Shown here: positions 39,085-48,296 of the stretch, one piece after another
How the letters are laid out: each line of letters opens with the position of its first letter
Position numbering within the stretch: position 1 is the first letter of the stretch
Assembly (NCBI GenBank): GCA_018265615.1
Contig: JABLYX010000019.1
Location: 13,165 to 77,164, forward strand
DNA: 64,000 nt
Reading direction: 5' to 3'
Origin: Lentisphaeria bacterium
Lineage (GTDB): Bacteria; Verrucomicrobiota; Lentisphaeria; Victivallales; Victivallaceae
Position numbers and translations under genes: made by a program
Notes under the pieces: model-generated
The model's database searches: none
The model's input: the letters and a program-made list of their open reading frames with translations, nothing else
Told to the model about the DNA's origin: nothing

Positions 39085-40668
39085 ATGGGAGTCGTCATCA
39101 TCGCAACCATCGCCGGGTTCGTCATCCTGATGTTCTTCATCTCGCTGGTGACCTGGTACCGCAAGTGCCCTTCCGACCGGATCATGATCATCTACGGCAA
39201 GACCGGCGGGAACCAGGCTGCGAAGTGCATCCACGGCGGTGCGAAATTCGTCTGGCCCGTCGTGCAGGACTACGGATACATCTCACTGCGTCCGCTGCAG
39301 ATCGCCGTGAATCTCGACAACGCGCTGTGCAAACAGAATATCCGCATCAACGTGCCGTCGGTCTTCACAGTCGGCGTGTCGACAAGCCCCGAGATCATGG
39401 GCAACGCAGCCGAGCGCCTGTTCGGCCAGAGCCCCGAAGCGATCGCCGAGCTCGCAAAGGACATCATCTTCGGCCAGCTGCGTCTCGTCATCGCCTCGAT
39501 GATGATCGAGGAGATCAACGCCGACCGCGAAACCTTCCTGCGCGCCGTCGAAGCGAACGTGGCCGAAGAGCTCAAAAAGATCGGCCTTGAACTCCTGAAC
39601 GTGAACATCACCGACATCACCGACGAATCCGGCTACATCTCGGCCATCGGGCAGCGCGCCGCCGCGGGCGCGATCAACAAAGCGAAGGTCGACGTGGCCG
39701 AAGAACAGCGCAAGGGCAGCATCGGTGCGGCCGAGGCGAACAAGCTCGAACGCGTCGCCGTGGCGAAAGCGGAGGCCGAAGCCGCCTCCGGCGAGGCCGA
39801 TGCAGACCGCGAACGGCGCATCGCCGTCAAGCAGGCCGAAGCTGCCGCAATCGCGGGCGAGGCCGACGCCGACCGCGCCCAGCGCATCGCCGTCAAACAG
39901 GCCGAAGCCGCCGCGGCGGCGGGCGAAGCCGACGCCGACCGCGACCGCCGTATCGCCGTCAAACAGGCGGATTCGACCGCGACCCAGGGCGAGAACGTCT
40001 CGGCGATCGAAATCGCGCAATCCAACGCCACGCGCTCCGAACAGGAAGCCGAGGCGTACCGCCGCGCCGAAGCGGCCCGCCAGGTGGCGGCCGCCCAGAT
40101 CGAAAAGGCGAAGTACGAGGCCGAAGCCGACGCCCAGATCTCCCGCGCGAAGATGGAGATGGAGCGCCAGCGCGCCGAAGTCATCGTCCCGGCGGAAATC
40201 CAGAAGAGCCAGATCGAAATCGCGGCCGACGCCGAGGCCGAAAAGCTGCGCCGCGAGGCGAAAGGCGAAGCCGATGCGATTTTCGCGAAGCTCGAAGCCG
40301 AGGCGCGCGGCAATTACGAGATCCTGAAAGCGAAGGGCGAGGGCTATCGCGCCATTATCGAAGCGTGCGAGAACGACTCGAACTCCGCCTCGAAGATGCT
40401 GCTCATCGAAAAGCTCCAGGAGATCGTCGCACTGCAGACCGAAGCGATCAAGGGCATCAAGATCGACAAGGTCACAGTCTGGGACGGCGGCAGCAAGACC
40501 GCCGACGGCAAGACCACCACGGCGAACTTCCTCTCCGGCATGCTGCAGAGCCTGCCGCCGCTGCACGATGTCGCCGGCATGGCCGGGCTCGACCTGCCGG
40601 ATTACCTCGGCAAGGTCAAGAGCGACAAACGCGACACGGTCGAGGCGGAAGCGACTCCCGCCGAATAA
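39085..40668 (+). CDS. Flotillin-family SPFH/band-7 protein (YqiK/FloT-like)
   Basis: N-terminal TM anchor, SPFH domain, long Ala/Glu-rich coiled-coil with EA repeats, conserved C-terminal region. AAGGAG RBS before the ATG at 39085. Confidence 0.85.
   Translation: MGVVIIATIAGFVILMFFISLVTWYRKCPSDRIMIIYGKTGGNQAAKCIHGGAKFVWPVVQDYGYISLRPLQIAVNLDNALCKQNIRINVPSVFTVGVSTSPEIMGNAAERLFGQSPEAIAELAKDIIFGQLRLVIASMMIEEINADRETFLRAVEANVAEELKKIGLELLNVNITDITDESGYISAIGQRAAAGAINKAKVDVAEEQRKGSIGAAEANKLERVAVAKAEAEAASGEADADRERRIAVKQAEAAAIAGEADADRAQRIAVKQAEAAAAAGEADADRDRRIAVKQADSTATQGENVSAIEIAQSNATRSEQEAEAYRRAEAARQVAAAQIEKAKYEAEADAQISRAKMEMERQRAEVIVPAEIQKSQIEIAADAEAEKLRREAKGEADAIFAKLEAEARGNYEILKAKGEGYRAIIEACENDSNSASKMLLIEKLQEIVALQTEAIKGIKIDKVTVWDGGSKTADGKTTTANFLSGMLQSLPPLHDVAGMAGLDLPDYLGKVKSDKRDTVEAEATPAE
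39791..39988 (+). repeat. 3 x 66-bp in-frame tandem repeat inside the flotillin gene, encoding GEADADRxRRIAVKQAEAAAxA
   Basis: Units at 39791-39856, 39857-39922 and 39923-39988 are ~85% identical at the DNA level. Confidence 0.7.
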
Positions 40669-40682
40669 AACTGTTCCCCATA

Positions 40683-40709
40683 CGCCCGGCGCAATCCGGG
40701 CGTTTTTTC
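40683..40709 (+). terminator. Rho-independent terminator after the flotillin gene
   Basis: cgcccgg-cgcaat-ccgggcg followed by TTTTTTC. Confidence 0.65.
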
Positions 40710-40732
40710 TTTCAGCCTGAGGAGAGAACCGT

Positions 40733-41542
40733 ATGAGAACCCGCATGATTTCCGCTTTTTTCGCTGCCGCGCTTCTCGGAGGCGGCTGCAGCACCGTTCC
40801 GTCGGCGCCGGAGGGAGTAATCCCATTCACAGAAATGACGGTCAGCCCCGGAGTTCAGGCTCCGGACACCCGGCTTCAGGCGGCGGCGGCTTCCGGTGAC
40901 GCGGATGCCGCATTCCGCTACGGCCTGCGGCTGCTTTTTTCCGGCGACAGCGGCCGGCCGGAGCTCCTGCCGGAATTTCCGGGGGGGGCGCCGTACGGAC
41001 TGGATTCTGCCAACCGGAGCTATCTGTGGATCGCAAAAGCCGCCGGACTCGGCAACCCCGCGGCCAAATACTGCATGAGCGTTTTCCTGCTGCAGAACGG
41101 AGAACGGCCCGGGGAGGCGATCCGGCTGCTGCAGGAAGCGGCGGAAGCCGGGGAACCCCATGCCCGGAACAGCCTGGGCGCCTGTCATTATTTCGGATAC
41201 GGTGTCGAACCCGATGAAACCAGAGCCGTGATGCTTTTCGCCTCGGCGGCGGAACAGGGACATCCGGCGGCGCTGTATAATCTCGGCGTCTGCCTGTTGA
41301 ACGGCCGCGGCGTGCGGCCGGATCCGGAAGCCGCGGCCGGACTGTTCCGGAAAGCCGCTTTCCGCGGAGTGAAACCCGCCCGGACAAACCTGGCGTGGTG
41401 TTACCGGAACGGAGTCGGTGTCGAAGCTTCCGCCGACAAGGCGAAATTCTGGGAGGAAACCGAACTTCCGGGACCGGACGGCACGGAGGAAAGGTTTCCG
41501 GAACCGGAGGGGCGGCTTGACATTCCGGGCAAACAGCAGTAA
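40733..41542 (+). CDS. Sel1-repeat (SLR/TPR-like) lipoprotein
   Basis: Lipoprotein signal (LLGGGCS) plus ~5 Sel1-like repeats (AxxxYxLGxCYxxGxGVxxDxxxAxxWFxKAAEQG pattern). Confidence 0.7.
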   Translation: MRTRMISAFFAAALLGGGCSTVPSAPEGVIPFTEMTVSPGVQAPDTRLQAAAASGDADAAFRYGLRLLFSGDSGRPELLPEFPGGAPYGLDSANRSYLWIAKAAGLGNPAAKYCMSVFLLQNGERPGEAIRLLQEAAEAGEPHARNSLGACHYFGYGVEPDETRAVMLFASAAEQGHPAALYNLGVCLLNGRGVRPDPEAAAGLFRKAAFRGVKPARTNLAWCYRNGVGVEASADKAKFWEETELPGPDGTEERFPEPEGRLDIPGKQQ

Positions 41543-41572
41543 ATTATTCTGTTCAAGTCTGGAGAAAAACAA

Positions 41573-43411
41573 ATGATGATGCGATTCCTGTTCATTGCCG
41601 CCTTATCCGCCGCCGCGCTGTTCCTCGCGGCGGGAGAGCTCAAAATCACTGTGCTGTCGGATATCCACGTCTCGCCGGGAAACGGGAACGACAAGCTCAT
41701 GCCGCAGTTGATCGACGAAATCAACGCGAATGATTCCGATCTCGTCGTCGTGACCGGCGATCTCACGAACCGCGGCGCGGACGCCGAGCTCAAACACATT
41801 CACAACGTGCTCTCCGGAATCAGAAAACCGGTTTACGCCATCACCGGCAACCACGAGACGAACTGGTCCGAGAGCGCGGGGCAGACTTTCGCAAAGCTGT
41901 GGGGCAGCGAAAACTTCGCCTTCAGGCACGACGGCGTCGTATTGATCGGATTCTCGACCGGCCCCTACCTGAAAATGGGAGACGGCTATGTGCGCAGCGA
42001 AGACGTCGCTTTCCTGAAGGAGTCCCTCAAGCGCCTCGCCGGAGCGGGGGAGCCGGTGCTGATCTTCTGTCACTATCCGTTGGCCGACGAGCTCGGCAAC
42101 GGAGCCGCCATCGCAAAGATCCTGCGGAAATACAATGTCATCGCCGTCGTCTCCGGGCACACGCACCGGCAGTTCCGGCAGCGCATCTACGGGCTCGACA
42201 GCGTCGTCTGCCGCACCATCACGGACAGCCGCAAAACTCACGGCTACAACCTGCTCCGCTTCGACGGCGAAAAAACGCTTGAAGCATTCGAAAAACGCCT
42301 CGGCGGCGAAATCCTGCCGATCGAACAGCTCAAGCCGTATGAAGAGAGGCCGTTCCCGGCGGAGGCGCCACTCCCCGACCATGTGGAACTGACCCTGCTG
42401 CACGCCGACCCGGCTTCGGTTTTCACCGGGGCAGCGGTCACGGAAAACGGCATCTATTACGGAACCAGCGACGGCCGGTTCGTCGCCCTCTCCCCCGACG
42501 GGAAAAATGTCCTGTGGGAGAAGAAATTCGGCACGCCGCTCCACTCCACCCCCGCCGCCTTCGACGGTACGGTCGCAATCGGTACAACCGCCGCTCCGGA
42601 CGGCCAGGAGGGAGGCGGCGGCATCGCCCTCTTCTCGGAGCGCGCCCGAACGCTGCTGAACTGGCTCGCGACGCCGGCCCCGGTCATCGGCGGCGGCACA
42701 ACGGCCAATGGTGAACTCTACATCGGCGGCGGAAGCAAACTCTTCTGCCGCATCGACAGAAACGGCGGCTGCGTCACAGCCTCCGGCGAGGATTTCGGCC
42801 CGATGCAGGGGCGTCCGGCCGTCGGGAACGGAGTCGTGGTGTTCGGCGCGTGGGATACGAACCTCTACGCCCTCGACGCCGAAACGCTCGAGCCGCTCTG
42901 GAAGTGGAACAACGGGAAAAAGCAGATCCTCTACTCCCCCGGCAACGTGAACCCGGTCATCGCGAACGGCCAGGCGATCATCGTCGCTCCGGACCGGTTC
43001 ATGACCGCAATCGACCTCAAAAGCGGCAAACAGGTCTGGCGCAGCAACGCATATAAATTCCGCGAATCGCTCGGCGGCAGCGAGGACGGCGGAACCGTCT
43101 ATGCGAAAACCATGGACGGCGAACTTGTCGCGGTCGAAACCGGCAGGCCGGAATTCACCCTGAAGTGGCGGTGCGACCTGAAGTTCGGCTACGACCACTC
43201 CCCCTGCCCCGTCCTCGAAGCGGACGGAGTCATTTACGCGGGCAGCCGCAACGGCGTCATCGCCGCGGTGGACGCCGTGAACGGAACGCTGCTCTGGAGG
43301 TTCCGCGGCGGCGACTCCGCCGTGAACGGCTTCACCCGGGGCCCCGACGGCAGTGTCTACGCAACACTGATCGAGGGAAAGCTCTACCGGATCAGCGGAA
43401 GAACTCCCTGA
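41573..43411 (+). CDS. Secreted calcineurin-like metallophosphoesterase fused to a PQQ-like beta-propeller repeat domain
   Basis: Signal peptide; MPP motifs (ITVLSDIHV, VVTGDLTNRG, ITGNHE, SGHTHR); C-terminal repeated YxGxxDGxLxAxDxxxGxxxW blocks typical of PQQ/BamB-like propellers. Confidence 0.7.
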   Translation: MMMRFLFIAALSAAALFLAAGELKITVLSDIHVSPGNGNDKLMPQLIDEINANDSDLVVVTGDLTNRGADAELKHIHNVLSGIRKPVYAITGNHETNWSESAGQTFAKLWGSENFAFRHDGVVLIGFSTGPYLKMGDGYVRSEDVAFLKESLKRLAGAGEPVLIFCHYPLADELGNGAAIAKILRKYNVIAVVSGHTHRQFRQRIYGLDSVVCRTITDSRKTHGYNLLRFDGEKTLEAFEKRLGGEILPIEQLKPYEERPFPAEAPLPDHVELTLLHADPASVFTGAAVTENGIYYGTSDGRFVALSPDGKNVLWEKKFGTPLHSTPAAFDGTVAIGTTAAPDGQEGGGGIALFSERARTLLNWLATPAPVIGGGTTANGELYIGGGSKLFCRIDRNGGCVTASGEDFGPMQGRPAVGNGVVVFGAWDTNLYALDAETLEPLWKWNNGKKQILYSPGNVNPVIANGQAIIVAPDRFMTAIDLKSGKQVWRSNAYKFRESLGGSEDGGTVYAKTMDGELVAVETGRPEFTLKWRCDLKFGYDHSPCPVLEADGVIYAGSRNGVIAAVDAVNGTLLWRFRGGDSAVNGFTRGPDGSVYATLIEGKLYRISGRTP

Positions 43412-44489
43412 CCGCCGCAATCACGCAATCGGCCTCCTCCGGCTTCAGATGGGGGCCGATCGGCAGGCTCAGAACCGTCTCCGCCATCCGTTCCGACAAC
43501 GGGAAATCCCCGCGTTTGAAATTCATATCCGCATACGCCTGCGACAGATGCGGGGGGATCGGGTAGTGGATCATCGTCTGGATTTCACGCTCCGTCAGGA
43601 ACCGCTGAAGCTCATCCCGCCGGTCGCACCGGACGATGAACTGATGCCAGACGCTCTCCTCCAACGCGGCGCCGGGCAGCTCAAGCTCCCCGATTCCGCG
43701 GAGGCCTTCGAAATAACGTGCGGCGATTTTCCGGCGGCGTTCGTTCCACTCATCGAGATACCTGAGCTTCACGCCGAGGAAGGCGGCCTGCATCGAATCG
43801 ATGCGCCGGTTGTACCCTTTCATCTCATTGTGGTACTTCTTCTTCGAACCGTAATTGCGCAGCATGCGCACCTTGTCCGCAATGGCGGGGTCGTCGGTCG
43901 TGACGGCCCCGGCCTCCCCGAACGCGCCGATGTTCTTGCCCGGATAGAAGCTGAGCGCCCCGGCATGCCCGAGCGCACCGGTCCGTTTGCCGCGGTAGAG
44001 CGCCCCCTGGGACTGCGCGTTGTCCTCGAGGACAAACAGCCCGTGCTTCTCCGCAATCTCCATGACGGGAGCCATATCGACCGGGACTCCGTAAAGATGG
44101 ACGACCGCAATCGCACTCGTCCGCGGCGTAATCGCCTCCTCGATCCGGGCGGGATCGATGTCGAAGGTTCCCGGAGCCGGCTCGACCGGAACCGGCACCG
44201 CGCCGACCTGAGAAACCGCCAGCCACGTGGCGATGTAGGTGTTGGCCGGAACGATCACCTCGTCCCCTTCCTTCACCCCGCCGGCCTCAAGGCCGAGGCA
44301 GAGCGCATCGAGCCCGTTCGAAACGCCGACGCAGAACTTCGTCCCGCAGTATTCCGCAAACGCCTTCTCAAACGCCTCGGTCTCCGGCCCGAGTACATAC
44401 CAGCCGGAGTTCATGAACCGGAAATATGCCTCATCCAGCTCACCCTTCAGCTCCAGATAGGGAGCCTTCATATCCAGAAATTGAATCAT
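43392..44489 (-). CDS. DegT/DnrJ/EryC1/StrS-family PLP-dependent sugar aminotransferase (FdtB/WecE-like)
   Basis: 365 aa; conserved N-terminus ([38 protein letters not shown]) and the Lys-containing [17 protein letters not shown] motif. Confidence 0.85.
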   Translation of the reverse strand: MIQFLDMKAPYLELKGELDEAYFRFMNSGWYVLGPETEAFEKAFAEYCGTKFCVGVSNGLDALCLGLEAGGVKEGDEVIVPANTYIATWLAVSQVGAVPVPVEPAPGTFDIDPARIEEAITPRTSAIAVVHLYGVPVDMAPVMEIAEKHGLFVLEDNAQSQGALYRGKRTGALGHAGALSFYPGKNIGAFGEAGAVTTDDPAIADKVRMLRNYGSKKKYHNEMKGYNRRIDSMQAAFLGVKLRYLDEWNERRRKIAARYFEGLRGIGELELPGAALEESVWHQFIVRCDRRDELQRFLTEREIQTMIHYPIPPHLSQAYADMNFKRGDFPLSERMAETVLSLPIGPHLKPEEADCVIAAVREFFR

Positions 44490-45334
44490 TTGTCTTCGCT
44501 CTTGTATTTCAAGAATTCATTGTAGTCCCGAATATAATCATCCGGCTCATAACCGCGCGAGGCCAGCACCAGCAGCACGCAGTCGGCCGAGTGCTTGTAC
44601 TGGATTCCCCAGCAGCCGGAGGGCAGATGCAAACCGCGTGTCGGCGTATCGAGCACATATTCCCCGCGTTTCCTGCCGTCATCGACAATCACATGCAGAG
44701 AGCCGTGAAGCGCAATCAGGAACTGTTCGCAAACTTTGTGCGCATGCTCGCCGCGAACCTCCGAAGAACCGACGCCATACGTGTAAAAAATCCGCTTCAC
44801 CGGAAACGGGAGCAGTTTTTCGAATTCCAGAACGCTCAGATCCCCGCGGATATCGGAAAAGCTCGGGATCGAATACAGAAGCTTCGATTCGCCGGCGGAC
44901 GCACGATCCCCCTGCCCCTGCCCTCCGGTCAATTCAGCGCCGACATACCCGACGATGCGCGCCGGATTCCCGACCACAATCGCATAAGGCGGAACATTTT
45001 TCGTGACGACCGCCCCGGCCCCGACCATCGCATGAGCGCCGATCGTCACAGGCAGGATCGTCGCATTCGCCCCGATCACAGCTCCGTTGCCGATCCGCAC
45101 AAATTTCGCGGTATCCGGATCAGCCATAAGAACGGCAGAATCCCCGATCCGAACCGAATCCTCCAGAATCGCCCCGCCCGGGATCACACACAGTGAACCG
45201 ATTTTCACATCGCTGCCGATCTCCGCCCGGGGACCGATGCAAACCCACTCGCCAAGCTGAACCCGTTCCCCGATCCTGGCTGAGTCATCAACAACAGCCG
45301 CTGTTTTCCTTAAATTCATGACGATTCCCCGCAT
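44486..45334 (-). CDS. Bifunctional protein: N-terminal hexapeptide-repeat (LbH) N-acetyl/acyltransferase fused to a C-terminal FdtA/QdtA-like dTDP-4-keto-6-deoxyhexose 3,4-ketoisomerase (cupin)
   Basis: N-terminal half is [LIV]G-x4 hexapeptide repeats ([26 protein letters not shown]...). C-terminal half has the FdtA-type RGEHAHK active-site histidines and a WxcM-like cupin. The module order is reversed relative to Xanthomonas WxcM. Confidence 0.7.
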   Translation of the reverse strand: MRGIVMNLRKTAAVVDDSARIGERVQLGEWVCIGPRAEIGSDVKIGSLCVIPGGAILEDSVRIGDSAVLMADPDTAKFVRIGNGAVIGANATILPVTIGAHAMVGAGAVVTKNVPPYAIVVGNPARIVGYVGAELTGGQGQGDRASAGESKLLYSIPSFSDIRGDLSVLEFEKLLPFPVKRIFYTYGVGSSEVRGEHAHKVCEQFLIALHGSLHVIVDDGRKRGEYVLDTPTRGLHLPSGCWGIQYKHSADCVLLVLASRGYEPDDYIRDYNEFLKYKSEDK

Positions 45335-45840
45335 CTGACAAGAAACTGTTGAAATATGGACTTTTCAAACATATCCCGAGTAAATTCGAAATAAATGAAT
45401 TTATCGTCCCGCGCAATTTCCTTCGCATAACAACGATGAAAACGAATCACCTTCCGGTTCTCCAGCATTACCTCAAAGCGGCAAATATCCAGATCCAGCT
45501 GACGGAAACCGTATTCATATCCCTGAGCAACAGACTCCTGGGCAGCCATGAGCGGCGCGCCCGGCATCAGCAGCCAGCTGCCGATGGTGAACGATCTGCG
45601 TCCGCGGTCAATATGGTAAAGGCGAATCATTCCCCATGGAGTCGCCCGGTAATCCTCGATGATGAAATAATACTCTTCGCCGGCTTCAAACCGCCGCAGA
45701 TATCCTTTCAGCCAATCCCGCTGATCTTCCACTGTGCCATTCACCGGGGACAGGAACTGATTGCGGCTGCCTTCCCGGCGGGCCTGAAAAATGAACTCCG
45801 CATCTGACAGTTCCACAGGCCGCAGCCGGATTTCCATCAT
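45316..45840 (-). CDS. GNAT-family N-acyltransferase
   Basis: ~175 aa acyl-CoA N-acyltransferase fold. Confidence 0.65.
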   Translation of the reverse strand: MMEIRLRPVELSDAEFIFQARREGSRNQFLSPVNGTVEDQRDWLKGYLRRFEAGEEYYFIIEDYRATPWGMIRLYHIDRGRRSFTIGSWLLMPGAPLMAAQESVAQGYEYGFRQLDLDICRFEVMLENRKVIRFHRCYAKEIARDDKFIYFEFTRDMFEKSIFQQFLVRCGESS

Positions 45841-45876
45841 CAATTCCCCATGTACACTCGATTTCATTGCAACCCC

Positions 45877-46653
45877 TCAACGCCTCAGCCGGTAACCGCC
45901 GTCGACACACAGGTCGGTTCCGGTAATCCATCCCGCGGCATCCGACAACAGGAAAACGGCCGGCCCGGCGACATCGTCCGGCTCTCCCATCCCCAGCGGA
46001 TGGTCCTCTTCTATTCGCCGCCGTCCCTCCAAGGTCAGCCTGTCCAGATCGTCCCGGGTGATTCCGGTATTGGCAACATAACCGGGCGAAACCGTATTGA
46101 CGCGGATTTTCCGTCCGGCAAGTTCCGCGGCCAACGCACGGGCGCCGCTCAGCAGAGCTCCCTTTGTGGCCGAATAACTGCATTTTCCCGCTGTGCCGAC
46201 GCCGGCCGTCACCGAACTGATGAAAACAAAAGAGCCGCCGGACGGGATCGAATATTTTTTCTTCGCAACAATACCGGCCAAACCGAATCCGGCCGCAACG
46301 TTAAGCTGGTAAGCCGCCAGGAAATCAGTCAATGCTGTCACCTTCAGGGGACAGGAGAAAGCTGTTCCCGCCGCATGCACCAACCCATCGATTTTTCCCA
46401 ATTCAGCAACGGCCTCGGCGATGGCCGGCTCCATTTCCGCAAAATCATGGAGTGCAGTAAAATCAATGCTGATCATATGCGAACGGACACCGGCCGGAAA
46501 CGCCGCGACGCACTCTTCCAGCCGCTCACAGCACCGCCCCATCACAATCACATCGGCGCCGGCATCGGCGCATCTCCGCGCAATGGCACGACCAATTCCG
46601 GAAGAGGCGCCGGTCACGATGATTTTCTTCCCGGTCAAAGTAAAATCAATCAA
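45877..46653 (-). CDS. SDR-family oxidoreductase (FabG-like 3-oxoacyl-ACP reductase)
   Basis: TGASSGIGRAIA Rossmann motif; catalytic YSATK. Confidence 0.85.
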   Translation of the reverse strand: MIDFTLTGKKIIVTGASSGIGRAIARRCADAGADVIVMGRCCERLEECVAAFPAGVRSHMISIDFTALHDFAEMEPAIAEAVAELGKIDGLVHAAGTAFSCPLKVTALTDFLAAYQLNVAAGFGLAGIVAKKKYSIPSGGSFVFISSVTAGVGTAGKCSYSATKGALLSGARALAAELAGRKIRVNTVSPGYVANTGITRDDLDRLTLEGRRRIEEDHPLGMGEPDDVAGPAVFLLSDAAGWITGTDLCVDGGYRLRR

Positions 46654-46882
46654 AATTCTCCCTCCCGATCACATCCATCAGGGAGCCGACAGTATCAACT
46701 TCACTCAACTGCGCACCGGAAAGCTTCCGAGAAAAATTCCGGTCTGCAAACGCGACGATCGACATGATCGCAAGGGAATCGAACTCTTCGAAATCCTTCA
46801 GATCCGTCGTTTCCGACAACGTCACATCATCATCCAGTTCAAGAAGTTCCACAAGTTTTTCAAAAAATTCATTCTTTTTCAT
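46646..46882 (-). CDS. Acyl carrier protein
   Basis: 78 aa; phosphopantetheine-attachment DSL motif (EFDSLAIMSIV). Confidence 0.8.
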   Translation of the reverse strand: MKKNEFFEKLVELLELDDDVTLSETTDLKDFEEFDSLAIMSIVAFADRNFSRKLSGAQLSEVDTVGSLMDVIGRENFD

Positions 46883-46896
46883 AACAACTCTCCATG

Positions 46897-47868
46897 TTAT
46901 TTCTGTCTCTGCCGGCAGGTCAAAACGGTTGCTCCATATGAATAACCGACGCCAAAACCGGCAATCAAGATACGCTCTCCACTCCGAAACACATTTTCCG
47001 CCTGAAGCTTGTGCAGCAGAATCGGAATGCTCGACGATACCGTATTACCCGTTTCTGCAAGGTCGATATGAAAACGGGAATCTTCCACCCCCAACTTTTC
47101 CTGCAGATACCGCAACATATACTTGTTCGCCTGATGAAAGACATAATGATCGATGTCGTCAGGAACAAGCCTGTTCCGCTCCAACGTCTTTTCAACCAGC
47201 GCAGGAACCGTCTCAATTGTAAAGCTGAAGATCTCAGGACCATTCATATAAAGGAAAGGCGAACCGGATTCCCCATCCGCCCGGGCTCTTCCGCCTCCTC
47301 CTCTGACAATCAGATTCTCCGCCCCCCGGCCATCGGTTCCCAGGACGAATTCACCAACATCAAATAACGAATCCGCCTCCAGGATAACCGCTGCGGCCGC
47401 ATCTCCGAAAATGGAGCGGTTCCCCTTATCGGACGGATCAAGATAGCGGGAATAGGTTTCCGCCGTAATCAGCAGGATATGCTCCGCGACGCCTCCGGCA
47501 AGCAGGCCTTTGGCGACAGCAAGCCCGTAAACAAAACCGGAGCAACCCAGGTTGAAGTCAAAAGCCCCGACCCCGGTTGAAAGCCCGAGACGACTCTGAA
47601 GCAGCGACGAGGTCCCCGGCAGCGGATAATCGGGGCTCTGCGTACACAGCAGCAGAAAATCGATCTTCGAGCGTTCGAAGCCATCCAGAACTTTTTCTCC
47701 GGCCCTGACCGCCATATCGAGAACAGTCTCGCCCGGAGCAGCCAGATGCCGGTTCCGGATGCCGACCTTCTTCTCGATTTTCTTCGCGGAAAAATCGGAA
47801 AACTCCTCTTCCAGCATCCCGTTGGACAGCAGGCCTTCCGGCAAATAATAGGCAGATTTCCCAATCAT
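46897..47868 (-). CDS. 3-oxoacyl-ACP synthase III-like (FabH/KAS III-family) enzyme
   Basis: Active-site Cys region (NLGCSGFVYGLAVA), His (HYVFHQANKYM) and Asn (GNTVSSSIPILL) triad positions conserved. Confidence 0.85.
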   Translation of the reverse strand: MIGKSAYYLPEGLLSNGMLEEEFSDFSAKKIEKKVGIRNRHLAAPGETVLDMAVRAGEKVLDGFERSKIDFLLLCTQSPDYPLPGTSSLLQSRLGLSTGVGAFDFNLGCSGFVYGLAVAKGLLAGGVAEHILLITAETYSRYLDPSDKGNRSIFGDAAAAVILEADSLFDVGEFVLGTDGRGAENLIVRGGGGRARADGESGSPFLYMNGPEIFSFTIETVPALVEKTLERNRLVPDDIDHYVFHQANKYMLRYLQEKLGVEDSRFHIDLAETGNTVSSSIPILLHKLQAENVFRSGERILIAGFGVGYSYGATVLTCRQRQK

Positions 47869-48296
47869 ACTTCACCAGCCTTTCGATGTCTTGTCAAAAT
47901 ACGGTCAATCAGGATAAAGTTCCACAGCATCGTAACCGGAATGACCGCACAGCTCAGCAATGTCCGGTTTCCCCCGGGCAGGCCGGCGATCAGAATCGCC
48001 AGTATACCGGTTCCAAGCAGCATTCCACTCAGGTACGATACGAAATAACCCGCCAGCTTCCGCAATGACATTGCGGACTGAAACACAAAACGGGAATTCA
48101 GCCAGTACGACAGCAGCAGTGTCAGGAGATAGGATGTGCAATAAGAGAGATATGCATTCCATCCGCACACGTCATTCAGGAGAAACAGCAGCACAATGGA
48201 TACCAGCGTCACAGATGCACCGACCAGAGAGAAGCCGCTGAACTTCAGAATCAGCACACGCCAGTAAGATGGTATCTGCACTTTATTCATTTTCAT
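47865..48296 (-). CDS. GtrA-family polyprenyl-phosphate-sugar flippase
   Basis: 143 aa, 4 TM helices; GtrA-like N-terminus (KFSGFSLVGASVTLVSIVLLFLL). Confidence 0.8.
   Translation of the reverse strand: MKMNKVQIPSYWRVLILKFSGFSLVGASVTLVSIVLLFLLNDVCGWNAYLSYCTSYLLTLLLSYWLNSRFVFQSAMSLRKLAGYFVSYLSGMLLGTGILAILIAGLPGGNRTLLSCAVIPVTMLWNFILIDRILTRHRKAGEV

Noticed and set aside
39283-40830. 515-aa minus-strand ORF and Arg/Ala-rich plus-strand ORFs (39633..40313, 39725..40327) inside the flotillin gene
   Set aside because: These are alternative-frame readings of the GC-rich Ala/Glu coiled-coil repeat region; the flotillin frame is the only one with SPFH homology and an RBS.
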